Source of the DNA: Aulosira sp. ZfuVER01 | GTDB lineage: Bacteria > Cyanobacteriota > Cyanobacteriia > Cyanobacteriales > Nostocaceae | DNA: 64,000 bases | Direction: 5' to 3' | Assembly (NCBI GenBank): GCA_034530615.2 | Contig: JAVRCV020000015.1 | Location: 1 to 64,000 of the forward strand | Shown: positions 1-10,619 of the stretch, piece by piece | Layout of the letters: every line of letters starts with the position of its first letter | Numbering within the stretch: position 1 is the first letter of the stretch | Made by a program: the position numbers and the translations under genes | The notes under the pieces: model-generated | Told to the model about the DNA's origin: nothing | What the model saw: only the letters and a program-made list of their open reading frames with translations | Database searches by the model: none

Positions 1-99
1 TTGGTGGATTAAAATCGGAGCTTAATCATAAGTCATTTTCCGAACATGATATTACTTTAAAAATGATACAGATAGGCAAGCAGAGAAGGACTGTTGCAC

Positions 100-330
100 G
101 GCGTAAAGCCTCCTCCTGTCGGAGACGCTACGCGAACGGCATAGCTACTCTACCCTGGGGTAACTCTCTTCTCCTGCGGAGACGCTAACGCTAATGAGAG
201 AACGGGAACGAATACTCTGCGAGAAGGGCTACTCTACCCTTGGGGAACGACTTCGTAGAACGATTTCTCCTTTGGAGTACGCTGAGGGCGACATAGGAAC
301 GTCGGCAGTCCGGTCGTGGGGAGCTACTGG
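100..330. repeat. Cluster of degenerate Nostocales small dispersed repeats
   Basis: CTCCTG(T)CGGAGACGCTA occurs twice (~112, ~172) and GCTACTCTACCCT(T)GGGG twice (~144, ~228); CGCTACGCGAACG resembles CGCTGCGCGAACG at ~39870. Confidence 0.55.
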
Positions 331-547
331 GTTGGAAAGACAGTGCGTCAGCTTTTCATACTATACTCAACAACGCAAAATCAAAATATTTATGCAAAAA
401 GTCTAATAAACTTTGAAAGAGGCAACACTTCCCTATTTCAGCGATTCTCAACCAGAATCTGTACGCAAAAGGAAACTACGTATTGAAAGAATGTCAATAT
501 ACTTAATAGTTAATAAACTATTTTTGTGCTGACGAATAAATCTACCT

Positions 548-910
548 ATGCTAAAAATTAAGGCATCTCAGGCTGAACCAGCAGTAATCGCGGCGGTTGC
601 TGAGTATTTTAAGGTGCTATCAGAAGTTAGCCGACTACAAATTTTGACCTGTCTCAAGTCAGGGCCGATGAATGTGATGGAAATTGCGGAAGCGACAGGT
701 TTAGGGCAGGCAAATCTATCCAAACATCTCAAAGTATTAACTCAAGCAGGAGTTTTATCTCGTCAGCCCAAAGGTACTAGCGCCTATTACGAGATTTCCG
801 ACCCGATGATTTTTGAACTTTGTGAGTTAGCTTGCAATCGGATTAGCGATCGCATTTTCCAACAAGCTGAAAGCCTCAAGGCTCTGCGCAGCAATACTGG
901 GGTTTTTTGA
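548..910 (+). CDS. ArsR/SmtB family transcriptional regulator
   Basis: FKVLSEVSRLQIL...NVMEIAEATGLGQANLSKHLKVLTQAGVL is a typical ArsR winged HTH. Confidence 0.9.
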   Translation: MLKIKASQAEPAVIAAVAEYFKVLSEVSRLQILTCLKSGPMNVMEIAEATGLGQANLSKHLKVLTQAGVLSRQPKGTSAYYEISDPMIFELCELACNRISDRIFQQAESLKALRSNTGVF

Positions 911-923
911 CCCCAAACAGAAA

Positions 924-945
924 AGCACCCCAGAGGTAGGGTGCT
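924..945 (+). terminator. Hairpin downstream of the arsR-like gene
   Basis: AGCACCC...GGGTGCT inverted repeat just after the stop; no clear U-tract. Confidence 0.35.
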
Positions 946-1087
946 AACACAGCATATAAACAGATTAAATCTTTATACAACCATGTAGTTATTTAGTAAA
1001 CTTTTTGTAGCTTTTGGGTATACAGATCCACCCGCATAGGAGTAAAACTAAGATGGTAAAATTACTCAACTGCTATTTAGTTAATTA

Positions 1088-2200
1088 ATGAATAAGTCTG
1101 CTATGACCCGTATCCTGCCTTCTCTGCGGATTGGTAAACATATTGCTCGCTATCCGATTGTTCAAGGTGCAATGGCAGTACGGGTGTCTGGTGCAAACCT
1201 GGCTGGCGCTGTAGCCAATGCGGGAGGAGTTGGTGTAATTGCCACGTTAGGACTAGGGTTGCATTCTCCGTATTTTGAAACACGCAAACGCGGGAGCTTT
1301 TTTACAGCTAATCGACTGGCTTTAATTGATGAACTGACTAAAGCACGCAGCATCAGCCCAGAGGGTGCGATCGCAGTGAATATTTTAGTTGCGACTAAAG
1401 ATTATCTAGAGTTAGCGCAAACGGCAGCTGCCCACGGAGCAAATATCATCATCACGGGAGCAGGATTGCCTCTATCTTTACCAGAGTACACTGCTGACTA
1501 TCCTGATGTGGCATTAGTACCGAGCGTATCGAACTTAGAAGCAGCGCAGTTAATCTGTGAAACTTGGAAACTGCGATACAACCGCCTTCCTGATGCGTTG
1601 ATTATTGAAAATTGCCAAATGGTGGGGGGACATTTTAGCCAATGCGAGCAGATTAATCTGCCAGGGTTCACGATTGAATCTGTAATTTCCCAAATCCGGG
1701 AATATTTAGAAGAACAGCTAAGTGCTACGATACCGTTGATTATCACAGGGGGAATTTGGGATCGGGCTGATATCGATCGGATGTTAGCGATTGGGGCTGA
1801 TGGCGTACAAATTGGTACTCGCTTCATCACCACAGAAGAATGTGATGCCGATCGCCGTTATAAAGAATTTCATCTCCATGCCCGTCCAGAAGATATTGTG
1901 ACTGTACCCAGTCCAGTGGGAAAACCTAGCCGTGCTTTATGTAATGCTTTTGCAGAACAGGCGATCGCAGGTTCATCAAAAATAGAACGGCGATGCATTG
2001 CCAATTGTTTAGAATCCTGTTTGTGCCGAGACAGTGGCAAAACCTATTGTCTTCTGCAAGCACTGGGGAAAGCAGCACGGGGCGACGTGGAAAATGGGCT
2101 GATTTTTTCTGGAGCCAATGTTAGGTACACTGAGCGAATCATGACGATTGCCGAACTGATGGCAGAGTTAACTCAACCTGAGGTAGCGATCGCGCTCTAG
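1088..2200 (+). CDS. Nitronate monooxygenase/FabK-FabX family FMN-dependent oxidoreductase with a C-terminal Cys cluster
   Basis: PIVQGAM, GAGLP, GGH, GGIWD, GVQIGTRF and G(D)VENGLIFSG motifs; CIANCLESCLC...YC cluster. Confidence 0.85.
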   Translation: MNKSAMTRILPSLRIGKHIARYPIVQGAMAVRVSGANLAGAVANAGGVGVIATLGLGLHSPYFETRKRGSFFTANRLALIDELTKARSISPEGAIAVNILVATKDYLELAQTAAAHGANIIITGAGLPLSLPEYTADYPDVALVPSVSNLEAAQLICETWKLRYNRLPDALIIENCQMVGGHFSQCEQINLPGFTIESVISQIREYLEEQLSATIPLIITGGIWDRADIDRMLAIGADGVQIGTRFITTEECDADRRYKEFHLHARPEDIVTVPSPVGKPSRALCNAFAEQAIAGSSKIERRCIANCLESCLCRDSGKTYCLLQALGKAARGDVENGLIFSGANVRYTERIMTIAELMAELTQPEVAIAL

Positions 2201-2223
2201 TTGTCAATCAAAGGTCGAGTAAT

Positions 2224-2937
2224 ATGCATGTGGATGAAATTCTCAAACGTTATGCTAGCGGGGAACGCAGCTTTCAGCGACTCAATCTGCAAGAAGCAGA
2301 ACTAACAAATACTAACCTTAGCGGCTCAGATTTTAGCTATACCGATTTGCGTCAGACACGCTTAGGTAAAACCAACTTCAGCCAAGCCTGTCTGCGGGAA
2401 GCAGATTTAAGTGAAGCTATCCTTTGGGGTACAAACTTGAGTGAAGCTGACTTGTATCGTGCCATTCTTCGGGAAGCAGATTTGACGGGTGCGAAGATAG
2501 CTAACACCAATTTGGCAGAAGCTAACTTAATCAAAGCCAGTTTATGTGGTGCTAATTTAAACGGTGCAAAACTATCGCGTTCTCTGCTATTTCAAGCCGA
2601 CTTGCGTCCTAGTTCCGACCAACGTACAGATTTGGGATACGCTAATTTAACTGGCGCAGACTTGAGCTATGCAGACCTTAGAGCCGCTTCACTACATCAC
2701 GCCAACTTAGATGGAGCGAAATTGTGTCGGGCAAATTTGAGCCAGAGAATCCAATGGGAAGATATGGCAACAGATTTAAGTGGAGCCAGTTTGCAAGGCG
2801 CAGACTTAAGCTACGCCAATCTCACTAGTGCCATACTGCGAAATGCAAATCTCAAAGGAGCAGACTTAACAGGAGCGATCCTCACAGATGTAGAATTCCA
2901 AGGCGCAATCATGCCTGATGGTAAAGTTCATGATTGA
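2224..2937 (+). CDS. Pentapeptide repeat protein
   Basis: A(D/N)LxG repeats throughout; typical cyanobacterial ends ILKRYASGERSF and GAIMPDG. Confidence 0.92.
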   Translation: MHVDEILKRYASGERSFQRLNLQEAELTNTNLSGSDFSYTDLRQTRLGKTNFSQACLREADLSEAILWGTNLSEADLYRAILREADLTGAKIANTNLAEANLIKASLCGANLNGAKLSRSLLFQADLRPSSDQRTDLGYANLTGADLSYADLRAASLHHANLDGAKLCRANLSQRIQWEDMATDLSGASLQGADLSYANLTSAILRNANLKGADLTGAILTDVEFQGAIMPDGKVHD

Positions 2938-3117
2938 GGATGTGCGATCGCTCTCCAATAGATGCAGATGCGATCGCCCATTCCCGCCTAATTCAAATGC
3001 ACAAACCGAACCAATTTGATATTTATCTTGTTATTGATTATTTCTTTTGGGATTGAGGCAGATTAACAGAAATAAATCAGAATTTATTTGTAAAAAAGCT
3101 AATTTTTAACTCTTAAT

Positions 3118-3149
3118 GTAGGGTGTGTTGTCGCGCAGCGCAACGCACC
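3118..3149. repeat. REP-like palindromic repeat (32 bp)
   Basis: GTAGGGTGTGTTGTCGCGCAGCGCAACGCACC is the exact reverse complement of 25871-25902. Confidence 0.8.
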
Positions 3150-3200
3150 ATCAACAATTCAAAGTGCGTTAATCAGAGACTATTTGGAAAAAGCTAATAT

Positions 3201-4469
3201 TTAAGAAATAGGAAGAATAATAAGAAATTCACTTCCTTGAGCAAATTCTGAGTTAAATTTTAATTGTCCGTGATGTTTTTCTTCAATGATTTGACGAGAA
3301 ATAGATAAACCTAAGCCTGTACCTTTACCTAAAGGTTTTGTCGTAAATAATGGCTGAAATAGCTTATGCATCATTTCTTCATTCATACCTATACCGTTAT
3401 CTGCAACAGTAATGAATACCTGTAAATCTACTATTTTTGTAGAAATGCAAATCTGAGGTTGTTTTACTTCTTCTACCGCATCAATTGCATTAGCAATGAC
3501 GTTCATAAATACTTGATTAAGCAACCCTGGATAGCAATGTACCGTCGGTAGTTCACCATACTGCTTGAGCACCTCAATAGCTGGGCGAGTGCCTAAGGCT
3601 TTCAAGCGATGGCGTAAAATTAACAGTGTACTGTCTAAACCTTCATGCAAATCGACAGCAATTTTTGTTGATGTATCACTTCGAGAAAAGTTTCGCAGTG
3701 AAACAGATATATCTGTAATGCGTTTAGAACTTAACTTCATAGAATCCAGTATTTTAAACAAGTCATCAGAAGCAAAATCGATATCAAGTTCTTCTAAAGC
3801 TGCTTGAATTTCTGTTACTGGTTGGGGATAGTATTGTTGATAAAGTTGGATAATGTCTATTAAATCTTTCACATATCCATAAGCAGGAGCAATATTGCTA
3901 GCTATACAGGTAATAGGATTATTAATTTCATGAGCTACTCCTGCAACCAATTCTCCCATTGCTGCAAACTTTTCTTTCTGCACAAGTTGCACTTGGGTTT
4001 TTTGTAAAGCTTCTGTATGTTCAGCTAATTTTTGTTCTAATTGTTGATTCCATTGTTGTTGTTTTTTAGTTAACTGTTGAATTTGTAAATGAATGCGGAC
4101 TCTGGCTAGAACTTCTTCACCTTCAAATGGTTTAGTTATATAATCTACAGCACCTAAAGATAAACCTTTGACTTTGCTAGCAATATCAGCCGCAGCTGTC
4201 ATAAAAATCACAGGAATATGATAAGTTTTAGGATTGTTTTTGAGTCTGTGACAAGTTTCAAATCCATCAATTCCTGGCATTTTTACATCAAGTATAATTA
4301 GTCCTGGAAGTTCACCATCTTCTTCTAATAACTCTAAAGCACTTTGCCCATCTTCAGCTATGCAAATTGATAAACCACCATCTGTAAGAATTTTTGCTAG
4401 TACAGCAAGATTTGTGGGATTATCATCAACAATTAAAATGAAGCTGGAATCTTGGGATAAGATTGACAT
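3201..4469 (-). CDS. Response regulator receiver-histidine kinase hybrid (REC-HisKA-HATPase)
   Basis: ILIVDD/LDVKMPGIDG/DYITKP receiver motifs; GVAHEINNP H-box; NAIDA, DNGIG and GTGLGL boxes. Confidence 0.93.
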   Translation of the reverse strand: MSILSQDSSFILIVDDNPTNLAVLAKILTDGGLSICIAEDGQSALELLEEDGELPGLIILDVKMPGIDGFETCHRLKNNPKTYHIPVIFMTAAADIASKVKGLSLGAVDYITKPFEGEEVLARVRIHLQIQQLTKKQQQWNQQLEQKLAEHTEALQKTQVQLVQKEKFAAMGELVAGVAHEINNPITCIASNIAPAYGYVKDLIDIIQLYQQYYPQPVTEIQAALEELDIDFASDDLFKILDSMKLSSKRITDISVSLRNFSRSDTSTKIAVDLHEGLDSTLLILRHRLKALGTRPAIEVLKQYGELPTVHCYPGLLNQVFMNVIANAIDAVEEVKQPQICISTKIVDLQVFITVADNGIGMNEEMMHKLFQPLFTTKPLGKGTGLGLSISRQIIEEKHHGQLKFNSEFAQGSEFLIILPIS

Positions 4470-4499
4470 AATTTTAGTGCGATCGCCGCATTAATACTA

Positions 4500-6662
4500 T
4501 TAGAGAGTATCGACAAAGCCCTTAATATAATCTCGAATGAGTTTAATTTGAAAATTTTGTGCTAATTGAGTAATCTTGTGAGCAAACGGAACCAATTTAC
4601 TATCAGCCTCTTTTAATTGATTGACTTCATCTAGGATTGCGTAAATATTACCTTTTTTCGCTAATTGCGAGAGATGTTGCAGAACTTCTACTGAGGGAGG
4701 AATAACTTCCTCCAATTGCATTTGATTATTAGAACTTTTATTCTTGTCCTGATATATCCAGTTCAGTTTTAAATATTGACCTAGTAACCTTAGTAGCATA
4801 TTCACCTGTATAGGTTTTGCTAAAAATTCATTAGCTCCAGCATCAATACTTTTATACTGGTCAGTTTCAAAGACACTAGCCGAAGAAACAATGACTACAA
4901 TATTTTTTAGTTGGGGTGAGTGTCGGAGATTTTTCAGGAACTCCAAACCATTCATCACAGGCATTACTAAATCTGTAATAATCAAGTCTGGTTGATATTT
5001 ATTCGCTATCTCTAAACCTTCTTGACCATGACTAGCTTCAATAACTTCAAACCCAATTGGTTCTAATAAATGGCAGATAACTGAACGATTTTCCCACTTA
5101 TCATCTACAACTAAAATTTTTTGCTTTTTACCTTCGTAACCTACGATATTTCCAAAATCTGCCAAAATTGAGGCTTCAGCCCAGTTTTGTACTTCAGTTA
5201 ATTCAACCTCAAACCAAAAAATACTACCTCGTTGGGGATAACTTTCAACTTCAATTTGGCTATTCATTAAAGAAACTATCTTTTGACTAATTGCTAATCC
5301 TAAACCTGTACCTTCTGCTTGTTTTTTGCTCTCGCCTACCTGTTCAAAAGGTAAAAAAATCTTTTCTATCTGTTCCTGGGTTATACCTACGCCTGTATCT
5401 TCTACTTCAAATCGAATTTTATGCAAGAAACTTTGATTATCTATTCCTTGAGATTGAACGCGGAATGTAACGCTACCTCGATCGGTAAATTTGATAGCAT
5501 TACTCAACAGATTAATCAAAACTTGGCGCAGACGCTTCTCATCAGCAAACAAACCTATAGGTATTTGTGTGTCTGGTTCATAAATAAATGCGATATCTTT
5601 TTGTTCTGCTCGAATTTTGCAAATTTCTGTCACACCTTCTAGAAAGGATGGAAAATGAAAATTCACAGGATGAAGTTCCATTTTTCGAGCTTCAATTTTA
5701 GATAAATCTAAAACATCATTAATTAAAGTCAAGAGATGAGAAGCACACTGCTGAATAATATCAATACCTTTACGATTAGATTCAGATAATGATTCAGTAC
5801 GTTTAATAATTTGAGTATAGCCAAGAATGCCATTGAGGGGAGTACGCAGTTCATGACTCATGTTAGCTAAAAACTCACTTTTAGCTTTGTTAGCACTATC
5901 AGCAACTATCGTCGCTTGTCTTAGTTGTTCTGTGCGTTGTTCAACCCTAATTTCTAACTCTTCATTAGCTTGCTGTAACAATTCCTGACTTTGCCGTAGT
6001 GCAGTTTCAGCTTGTTGTCTACGTTTATAGTTCCGATGGGATTCAATGAGGTTAGTACAAGTTGCTAAAAATGGTTTTAGGTAAGCAATTACTGATTCAT
6101 CATAACCGTTGGGGCGATTAGCAATTCCTACCATACCCACTAATTGCTTATTGTTATAAAATGGTAGCCCTAAGAAAGCATTTAAAGGTGGATGTCCGTC
6201 TGGTATTCCACCACGACGAGAATCTGTGGCTGGAGAATTAGCTATTACTGGTTCACCTGTAACAATAACTGCACCAAATAGAGTTTTTAAATTATGAAAT
6301 TCCATGCCTTTTGGTGCATTTTCCTCATAAAAAGCTCGTGTTTCTTCATTCCAAGCAATATTAGTAATAGCATGAGTTTTTAAATAAGGATTACCACGCA
6401 CTTTCATGTGTGCAGTCATATCTATATCGCCAATCTCTGTATAATGCATTTCACCAATGAAACCATACTCGCTTTCAGTTAGCAATAAGAGATTGTCGAG
6501 TAAGACATTAAATGCAATTCTCGGGTTAGATTCAACTATGAACTGAGATTGAGCCAGGGTGATAGTTTCTAATAATTTCGTACTTTTTTCTTGTTGATGT
6601 AGTGCTTCTTTAATCTGTTGTAATTCACTGCTGTGTCCTACTGTTAAATCAGAAATTTCCAT
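4500..6662 (-). CDS. Hybrid sensor histidine kinase (GAF-HisKA-HATPase-REC)
   Basis: GAF-like (GGIPDGHPPLNAFLGLP), [27 protein letters not shown]-terminal receiver; ATG at 6662 preferred over TTG at 6677. Confidence 0.92.
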   Translation of the reverse strand: MEISDLTVGHSSELQQIKEALHQQEKSTKLLETITLAQSQFIVESNPRIAFNVLLDNLLLLTESEYGFIGEMHYTEIGDIDMTAHMKVRGNPYLKTHAITNIAWNEETRAFYEENAPKGMEFHNLKTLFGAVIVTGEPVIANSPATDSRRGGIPDGHPPLNAFLGLPFYNNKQLVGMVGIANRPNGYDESVIAYLKPFLATCTNLIESHRNYKRRQQAETALRQSQELLQQANEELEIRVEQRTEQLRQATIVADSANKAKSEFLANMSHELRTPLNGILGYTQIIKRTESLSESNRKGIDIIQQCASHLLTLINDVLDLSKIEARKMELHPVNFHFPSFLEGVTEICKIRAEQKDIAFIYEPDTQIPIGLFADEKRLRQVLINLLSNAIKFTDRGSVTFRVQSQGIDNQSFLHKIRFEVEDTGVGITQEQIEKIFLPFEQVGESKKQAEGTGLGLAISQKIVSLMNSQIEVESYPQRGSIFWFEVELTEVQNWAEASILADFGNIVGYEGKKQKILVVDDKWENRSVICHLLEPIGFEVIEASHGQEGLEIANKYQPDLIITDLVMPVMNGLEFLKNLRHSPQLKNIVVIVSSASVFETDQYKSIDAGANEFLAKPIQVNMLLRLLGQYLKLNWIYQDKNKSSNNQMQLEEVIPPSVEVLQHLSQLAKKGNIYAILDEVNQLKEADSKLVPFAHKITQLAQNFQIKLIRDYIKGFVDTL

Positions 6663-6929
6663 CTGAGCTTTCCTCAAAAACTCTCCACAAATTCCCTGCT
6701 CTGCTTTAGATAAGTAGAAAAGGTTCTTGGTATAGAATGCCCATTATGGAGATAAGATTAACAGAACTTAGACAAAAATTATACTCAAATGTAACCAAAA
6801 CTGGCTTGATAAGAGGAAAATAGGTTAAAATCAGGTGATTCATAACATAAAAATATTTAAATTACACTTAGATTGCAGAGCGATCGCTCTCAAACAACAT
6901 AACTTAAGATGAGCGATCGCTTCAGCAAT

Positions 6930-8006
6930 TTAACAAACTTTTCCCCGCAGGGCTTCAGCGTCGATTGGTTTAATTAAGTAAAGTAGGAATAAATTCCAAA
7001 TAATTGCAGCGACTAAGGGGATTTTACGGATTACTTTCACAAATTTGGGCTGAGAACTGCGGTCAATTTCCACCAATTTCAAGTTGTAATCTGAGCAACG
7101 ATGCAAACGCGAGAAAAACTTGGGATGTTCGGTGTCTAACATCACGGGAAAAGCACGCCCAGCAGTTTCGTTGGTGTTGCGAATAACTTGGCGATCGAAT
7201 TCTGTTTCATCAATCCCTAATGAGTGGTAAAAACCTGCGCGTTCGTGAACTGTTAGGGTATGGGTAGCAAATACCGATAACAGGAAAAAGCGACTCCACA
7301 ATCTAGCTTTCCAAGTCTTCCAGAGTTGGGGTTGCGATCGCAATAAAGCTTTGAATATATCCCCATGACGGTTTTCGTCCTGACACCAGCTTTCAAAGTA
7401 GTGGAAAATTGGGTAAAACTGGTTTTCTGGATGCTTTTGCAAATGGCGATAAATAATGATGTAACGCCAGTAGCCAATTTTTTCTGATAAATATACGGTG
7501 TAAATTACCCAAGCGATCGGGAAAAATGTATAGGTGCGGGTTTTAGTTACATCAGCCAAATCGAGCGAAAGTTTGAAATCACCCATTGCTTTGTTGAGGA
7601 ATCCTGCATGGCGCGCTTCATCACGAGCCATCAGATTAAATATTTCCGCCAACAGTGGACTGCGATTTTTAAGCTTGCGGGATAGTTCTTTGAATAGCAA
7701 AAACCCAGAGAACTCTGAAATACAAGAACGTTCCAGATACTCAATAAACGACTGGCGTGCTTCTGCACCAATATGTTCCCAAGACTGCTTAAACGTCTCA
7801 TCCCGCACAAAATGGTGACGATTGTAGTCTGCTCGCATTTCTGTTAGCATCGCCTGCAACTCTGTTTCCTGAGCAGACAGATCTAGGCTAGCCGCAGTTT
7901 CAAAGTCTGTAGTGTAAAACCGGGGAGTCAGTACTGTTTCTTTGGTTGGTGTTTTAATTCCCGGCTTCGGTTCTTTCGGCGCAGACTGGGATAAGGTATT
8001 AACCAT
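6930..8006 (-). CDS. acsF: Mg-protoporphyrin IX monomethyl ester oxidative cyclase (AcsF), probably the CycII/ChlAII-type paralog
   Basis: LTPRFYTTDF, SCISEFSG, DEARHAG, LSEKIGYWRY, DENRHGD diiron motifs; WVIYTVYL and the ...RGKVC end recall the ChlAII type. Confidence 0.95.
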   Translation of the reverse strand: MVNTLSQSAPKEPKPGIKTPTKETVLTPRFYTTDFETAASLDLSAQETELQAMLTEMRADYNRHHFVRDETFKQSWEHIGAEARQSFIEYLERSCISEFSGFLLFKELSRKLKNRSPLLAEIFNLMARDEARHAGFLNKAMGDFKLSLDLADVTKTRTYTFFPIAWVIYTVYLSEKIGYWRYIIIYRHLQKHPENQFYPIFHYFESWCQDENRHGDIFKALLRSQPQLWKTWKARLWSRFFLLSVFATHTLTVHERAGFYHSLGIDETEFDRQVIRNTNETAGRAFPVMLDTEHPKFFSRLHRCSDYNLKLVEIDRSSQPKFVKVIRKIPLVAAIIWNLFLLYLIKPIDAEALRGKVC

Positions 8007-8094
8007 GAGTTCTCCACTAGTTAGCTTAAAAGTTGCATAACTATTAAGTTATAATAGCGCTAAAGTGCGTACCACGAAATCATCACATCAATGA

Positions 8095-8253
8095 CATAAA
8101 CATGTACCAACGGTACACCTCAACTACCGCTACTTTGAAGCAGTCCCAATATGGTGGTTTGTTGGAGGAGCAGATTTAACACCTTACTATCCGTTTGCAG
8201 AGGATGCCATTCATTTTCATCAAACATTAAGGGGAGTATGTCAAGATTATTAG
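8095..8253 (+). pseudogene. hemF: Internal fragment of coproporphyrinogen III oxidase
   Basis: Translates to [46 protein letters not shown], matching the HemF core VPTVHxNYRYF...WWFGGGxDLTPYY; bounded by stops, no start. Confidence 0.85.
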
Positions 8254-8683
8254 TTTTGGATTGATAGCTAAAAATGTAATTCCTTAGCCTGACTTGAGAT
8301 CGGTAAATACATCGTTACAAAATGTTTTTAAGTAAATCTAAAAGTAACAAGTTAATACACATTTAACTAGAGCATCGCAAATATGCAAATTAAATGTGTA
8401 ATAGCTTACTTAAGCTTGGAAGGTAAGCTGTTATACCAATTTATAAAAAGAATGTGACAGATAGATTGTTTAAGGGAGCAAGGCTTTGCATCCCTAAGGA
8501 TTCTCGATGTGTTACCAAGATTTTTTGAACTGTTTTTACTTTACATAACATAGTAAACAACAAAAAATATCAATTTCAAGAATGTGGTTTTAACTACGCT
8601 ATTCTATTAAATTAGTAAGATATCATTGCCCTATAGATATCATCAAACCACTGAGTTTGATTTAGTGAAAAAAAGGGATAAAC

Positions 8684-8908
8684 ATGAGCAAAGAAGTATA
8701 CAAATTAATCTTATGGGAAGAAAATCAAAAAGATTTTATCAAAAAGTTCTACGATCCCCAATTTGTTCCTAGAATAGGTGAGGAAATTTATTTAAAAAAA
8801 GAGCAATGGAGAGTAACCAGAGTTGAGCATGATTTAGAAGTTAGTGAGGTTAATATCTACATGGAACTAATCAAAAAAGGGAAGCAGGAAAAATCATCTA
8901 ATTCATAA
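8684..8908 (+). CDS. Small hypothetical protein
   Basis: 74-aa ORF with a purine-rich RBS (AAAGGGA) and protein-like composition (VPRIGEEIYL...WRVTRVEH). Confidence 0.55.
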   Translation: MSKEVYKLILWEENQKDFIKKFYDPQFVPRIGEEIYLKKEQWRVTRVEHDLEVSEVNIYMELIKKGKQEKSSNS

Positions 8909-8952
8909 GTAGATGGACAGAAATATTTACATTCATATATTTAAATGTAAAA

Positions 8953-9288
8953 ATGGTAACATTAGTTGTTATAATTAATACCCTAATTTCGCTCTTATTA
9001 CTCTATGTAGCTTGGCGAGTGTGGAAGCTAAAGCAACTGCTGGGGATAGTCGCAGATAGGTTAGCTACTTATGAACGTTGTAGCCATGCAGTACTTTATG
9101 TAGCACCCGAAACAATCGCTACTGTCCAGCAGAATATTTATAACCTACGACAGAGAAACCAAAGGCTAGAGGTACAAATTCAACAAGTGCGGCAAATTGT
9201 CAGCCTATTGTTGTTAGGAAGGCAAGTCTGGCGGCGCTCTTTTCGTAGCTTAGGCTCTACAGTTGGGCAGAAGACAACAGCAAAATAA
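8953..9288 (+). CDS. Conserved cyanobacterial hypothetical protein (N-terminal TM plus coiled coil)
   Basis: Hydrophobic N-terminus; lies upstream of the ytxH-like gene on the same strand. Confidence 0.75.
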   Translation: MVTLVVIINTLISLLLLYVAWRVWKLKQLLGIVADRLATYERCSHAVLYVAPETIATVQQNIYNLRQRNQRLEVQIQQVRQIVSLLLLGRQVWRRSFRSLGSTVGQKTTAK

Positions 9289-9411
9289 CAGTCAAAGCAA
9301 CATTTTTACCTTATATATAGTCTTTATGGGTTTAAATAATTAAAATCACTTGAGTTTTGCAACGGGAGAAAACCCACCTAAAATGGGTGTAAGGAGAGAA
9401 ACAATATAAAA

Positions 9412-9792
9412 ATGTCTAACAACCGTTCTGGAGTATTTATTGGCGGTTTGATGCTAGGGGCAACCATCGGGGCCTTGACAGGTTTGCTCGTCGCTCCACG
9501 CACAGGGCGCGAAACCCGTAAACTCTTAAAAAAATCTGCCGATGCTTTACCAGAATTGGCAGAAGATTTATCAACAAGTGTACAGATCCAAGCAGATCGT
9601 CTCTCTGCCAACGCACTACGCAACTGGGATGAAACTTTAGACCGACTGCGGGAAGCGATCGCCGCTGGTGTTGTCGCCACTCAAAGAGAAAGCCAAGGCT
9701 TAAAGCGGCAAAATGTTGTAGAAACCCGTAGTGCTGATTCGCAAACCGAAGAAGACCCAGATTCTCTTGCCCAGCATCTAGAACGTTCATAG
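9412..9792 (+). CDS. YtxH domain-containing protein
   Basis: FIGGLMLGATIGALTGLLVAPRTGRETR signature. Confidence 0.88.
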   Translation: MSNNRSGVFIGGLMLGATIGALTGLLVAPRTGRETRKLLKKSADALPELAEDLSTSVQIQADRLSANALRNWDETLDRLREAIAAGVVATQRESQGLKRQNVVETRSADSQTEEDPDSLAQHLERS

Positions 9793-9803
9793 ATAGCATA
9801 ACC

Positions 9804-10349
9804 GTGATCGATCCGCTATTTTGGCTGGGACTTTCCATACTCTTAGTCGCCGCTAGTCTAACTGCTGTTTTAGTGGCGGCTATACCTGCTTTGCAGGAAT
9901 TAGCGCGTGCAGCGCGCAGTGCCGAAAAGTTATTTGATACCCTCTCACGGGAATTACCGCCAACTCTGAATGCTATCCGCACCACTGGCTTAGAACTTAC
10001 CGATTTAACCGATGATGTCAGTGAAGGTGTTAAAAGCGCTAGTCAAGTGGTTAAACAAGTCGATCAAAGCTTGGATAGTGCGAGAAAACAGGCTCAGAAC
10101 CTTCAAGTAGGCACGCGCAGCATTTTTGTGGGTGTAAAAACTGCCTGGAAAACTTTCACTCGCCAAAAACCACCCAGGCGATCGCTTGAGCGTCTACCAA
10201 ATAGTGAAAAAACTTCCCTCAATTTACGCGAACGAGAAGCCCCCAAACCAGAAAATCGCCGCAATAAATCAGAAATCTACCGTACCAACGACGGTTACAG
10301 CGAAGCTCCTGACTGGGAAACAAATTTCGAGGATGAAGATTTGTCTTGA
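9804..10349 (+). CDS. DUF948/YoxC-like membrane-anchored coiled-coil protein
   Basis: TM segment followed by ARSAEKLFDTLSRELPPTL; adjacent to the YtxH gene; GTG start. Confidence 0.8.
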   Translation: MIDPLFWLGLSILLVAASLTAVLVAAIPALQELARAARSAEKLFDTLSRELPPTLNAIRTTGLELTDLTDDVSEGVKSASQVVKQVDQSLDSARKQAQNLQVGTRSIFVGVKTAWKTFTRQKPPRRSLERLPNSEKTSLNLREREAPKPENRRNKSEIYRTNDGYSEAPDWETNFEDEDLS

Positions 10350-10619
10350 AAGAAATTGGTCAAGAATCAAAGGTCAACGATTAAAGCTCAAAAGCTAAGT
10401 GGTAAGGTCATTAATTATTCTGCTTGTGCATTTTCTAATGCCCAATTGAGATGATGCAGCAGAAATATGAGGGAACACAAGTAATGTTTTCCTTAAATCC
10501 TTATAGATCAATGCCCCAAGATTAGAGTAAAGTAAACAAGTGTAAAGAACTATCACTTTTCTCGTACCTTTAAAAACAACTTGTTCACTTCTACTGTTGA
10601 TATTTGTATAAAAAAGTCC

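Noticed and set aside
194..406. 70-aa ORF
   Set aside because: Runs through dispersed repeat DNA with no protein motif
9378..9985. Minus-strand ORFs of 100 and 182 aa
   Set aside because: Antisense shadows of the ytxH-like and DUF948-like genes
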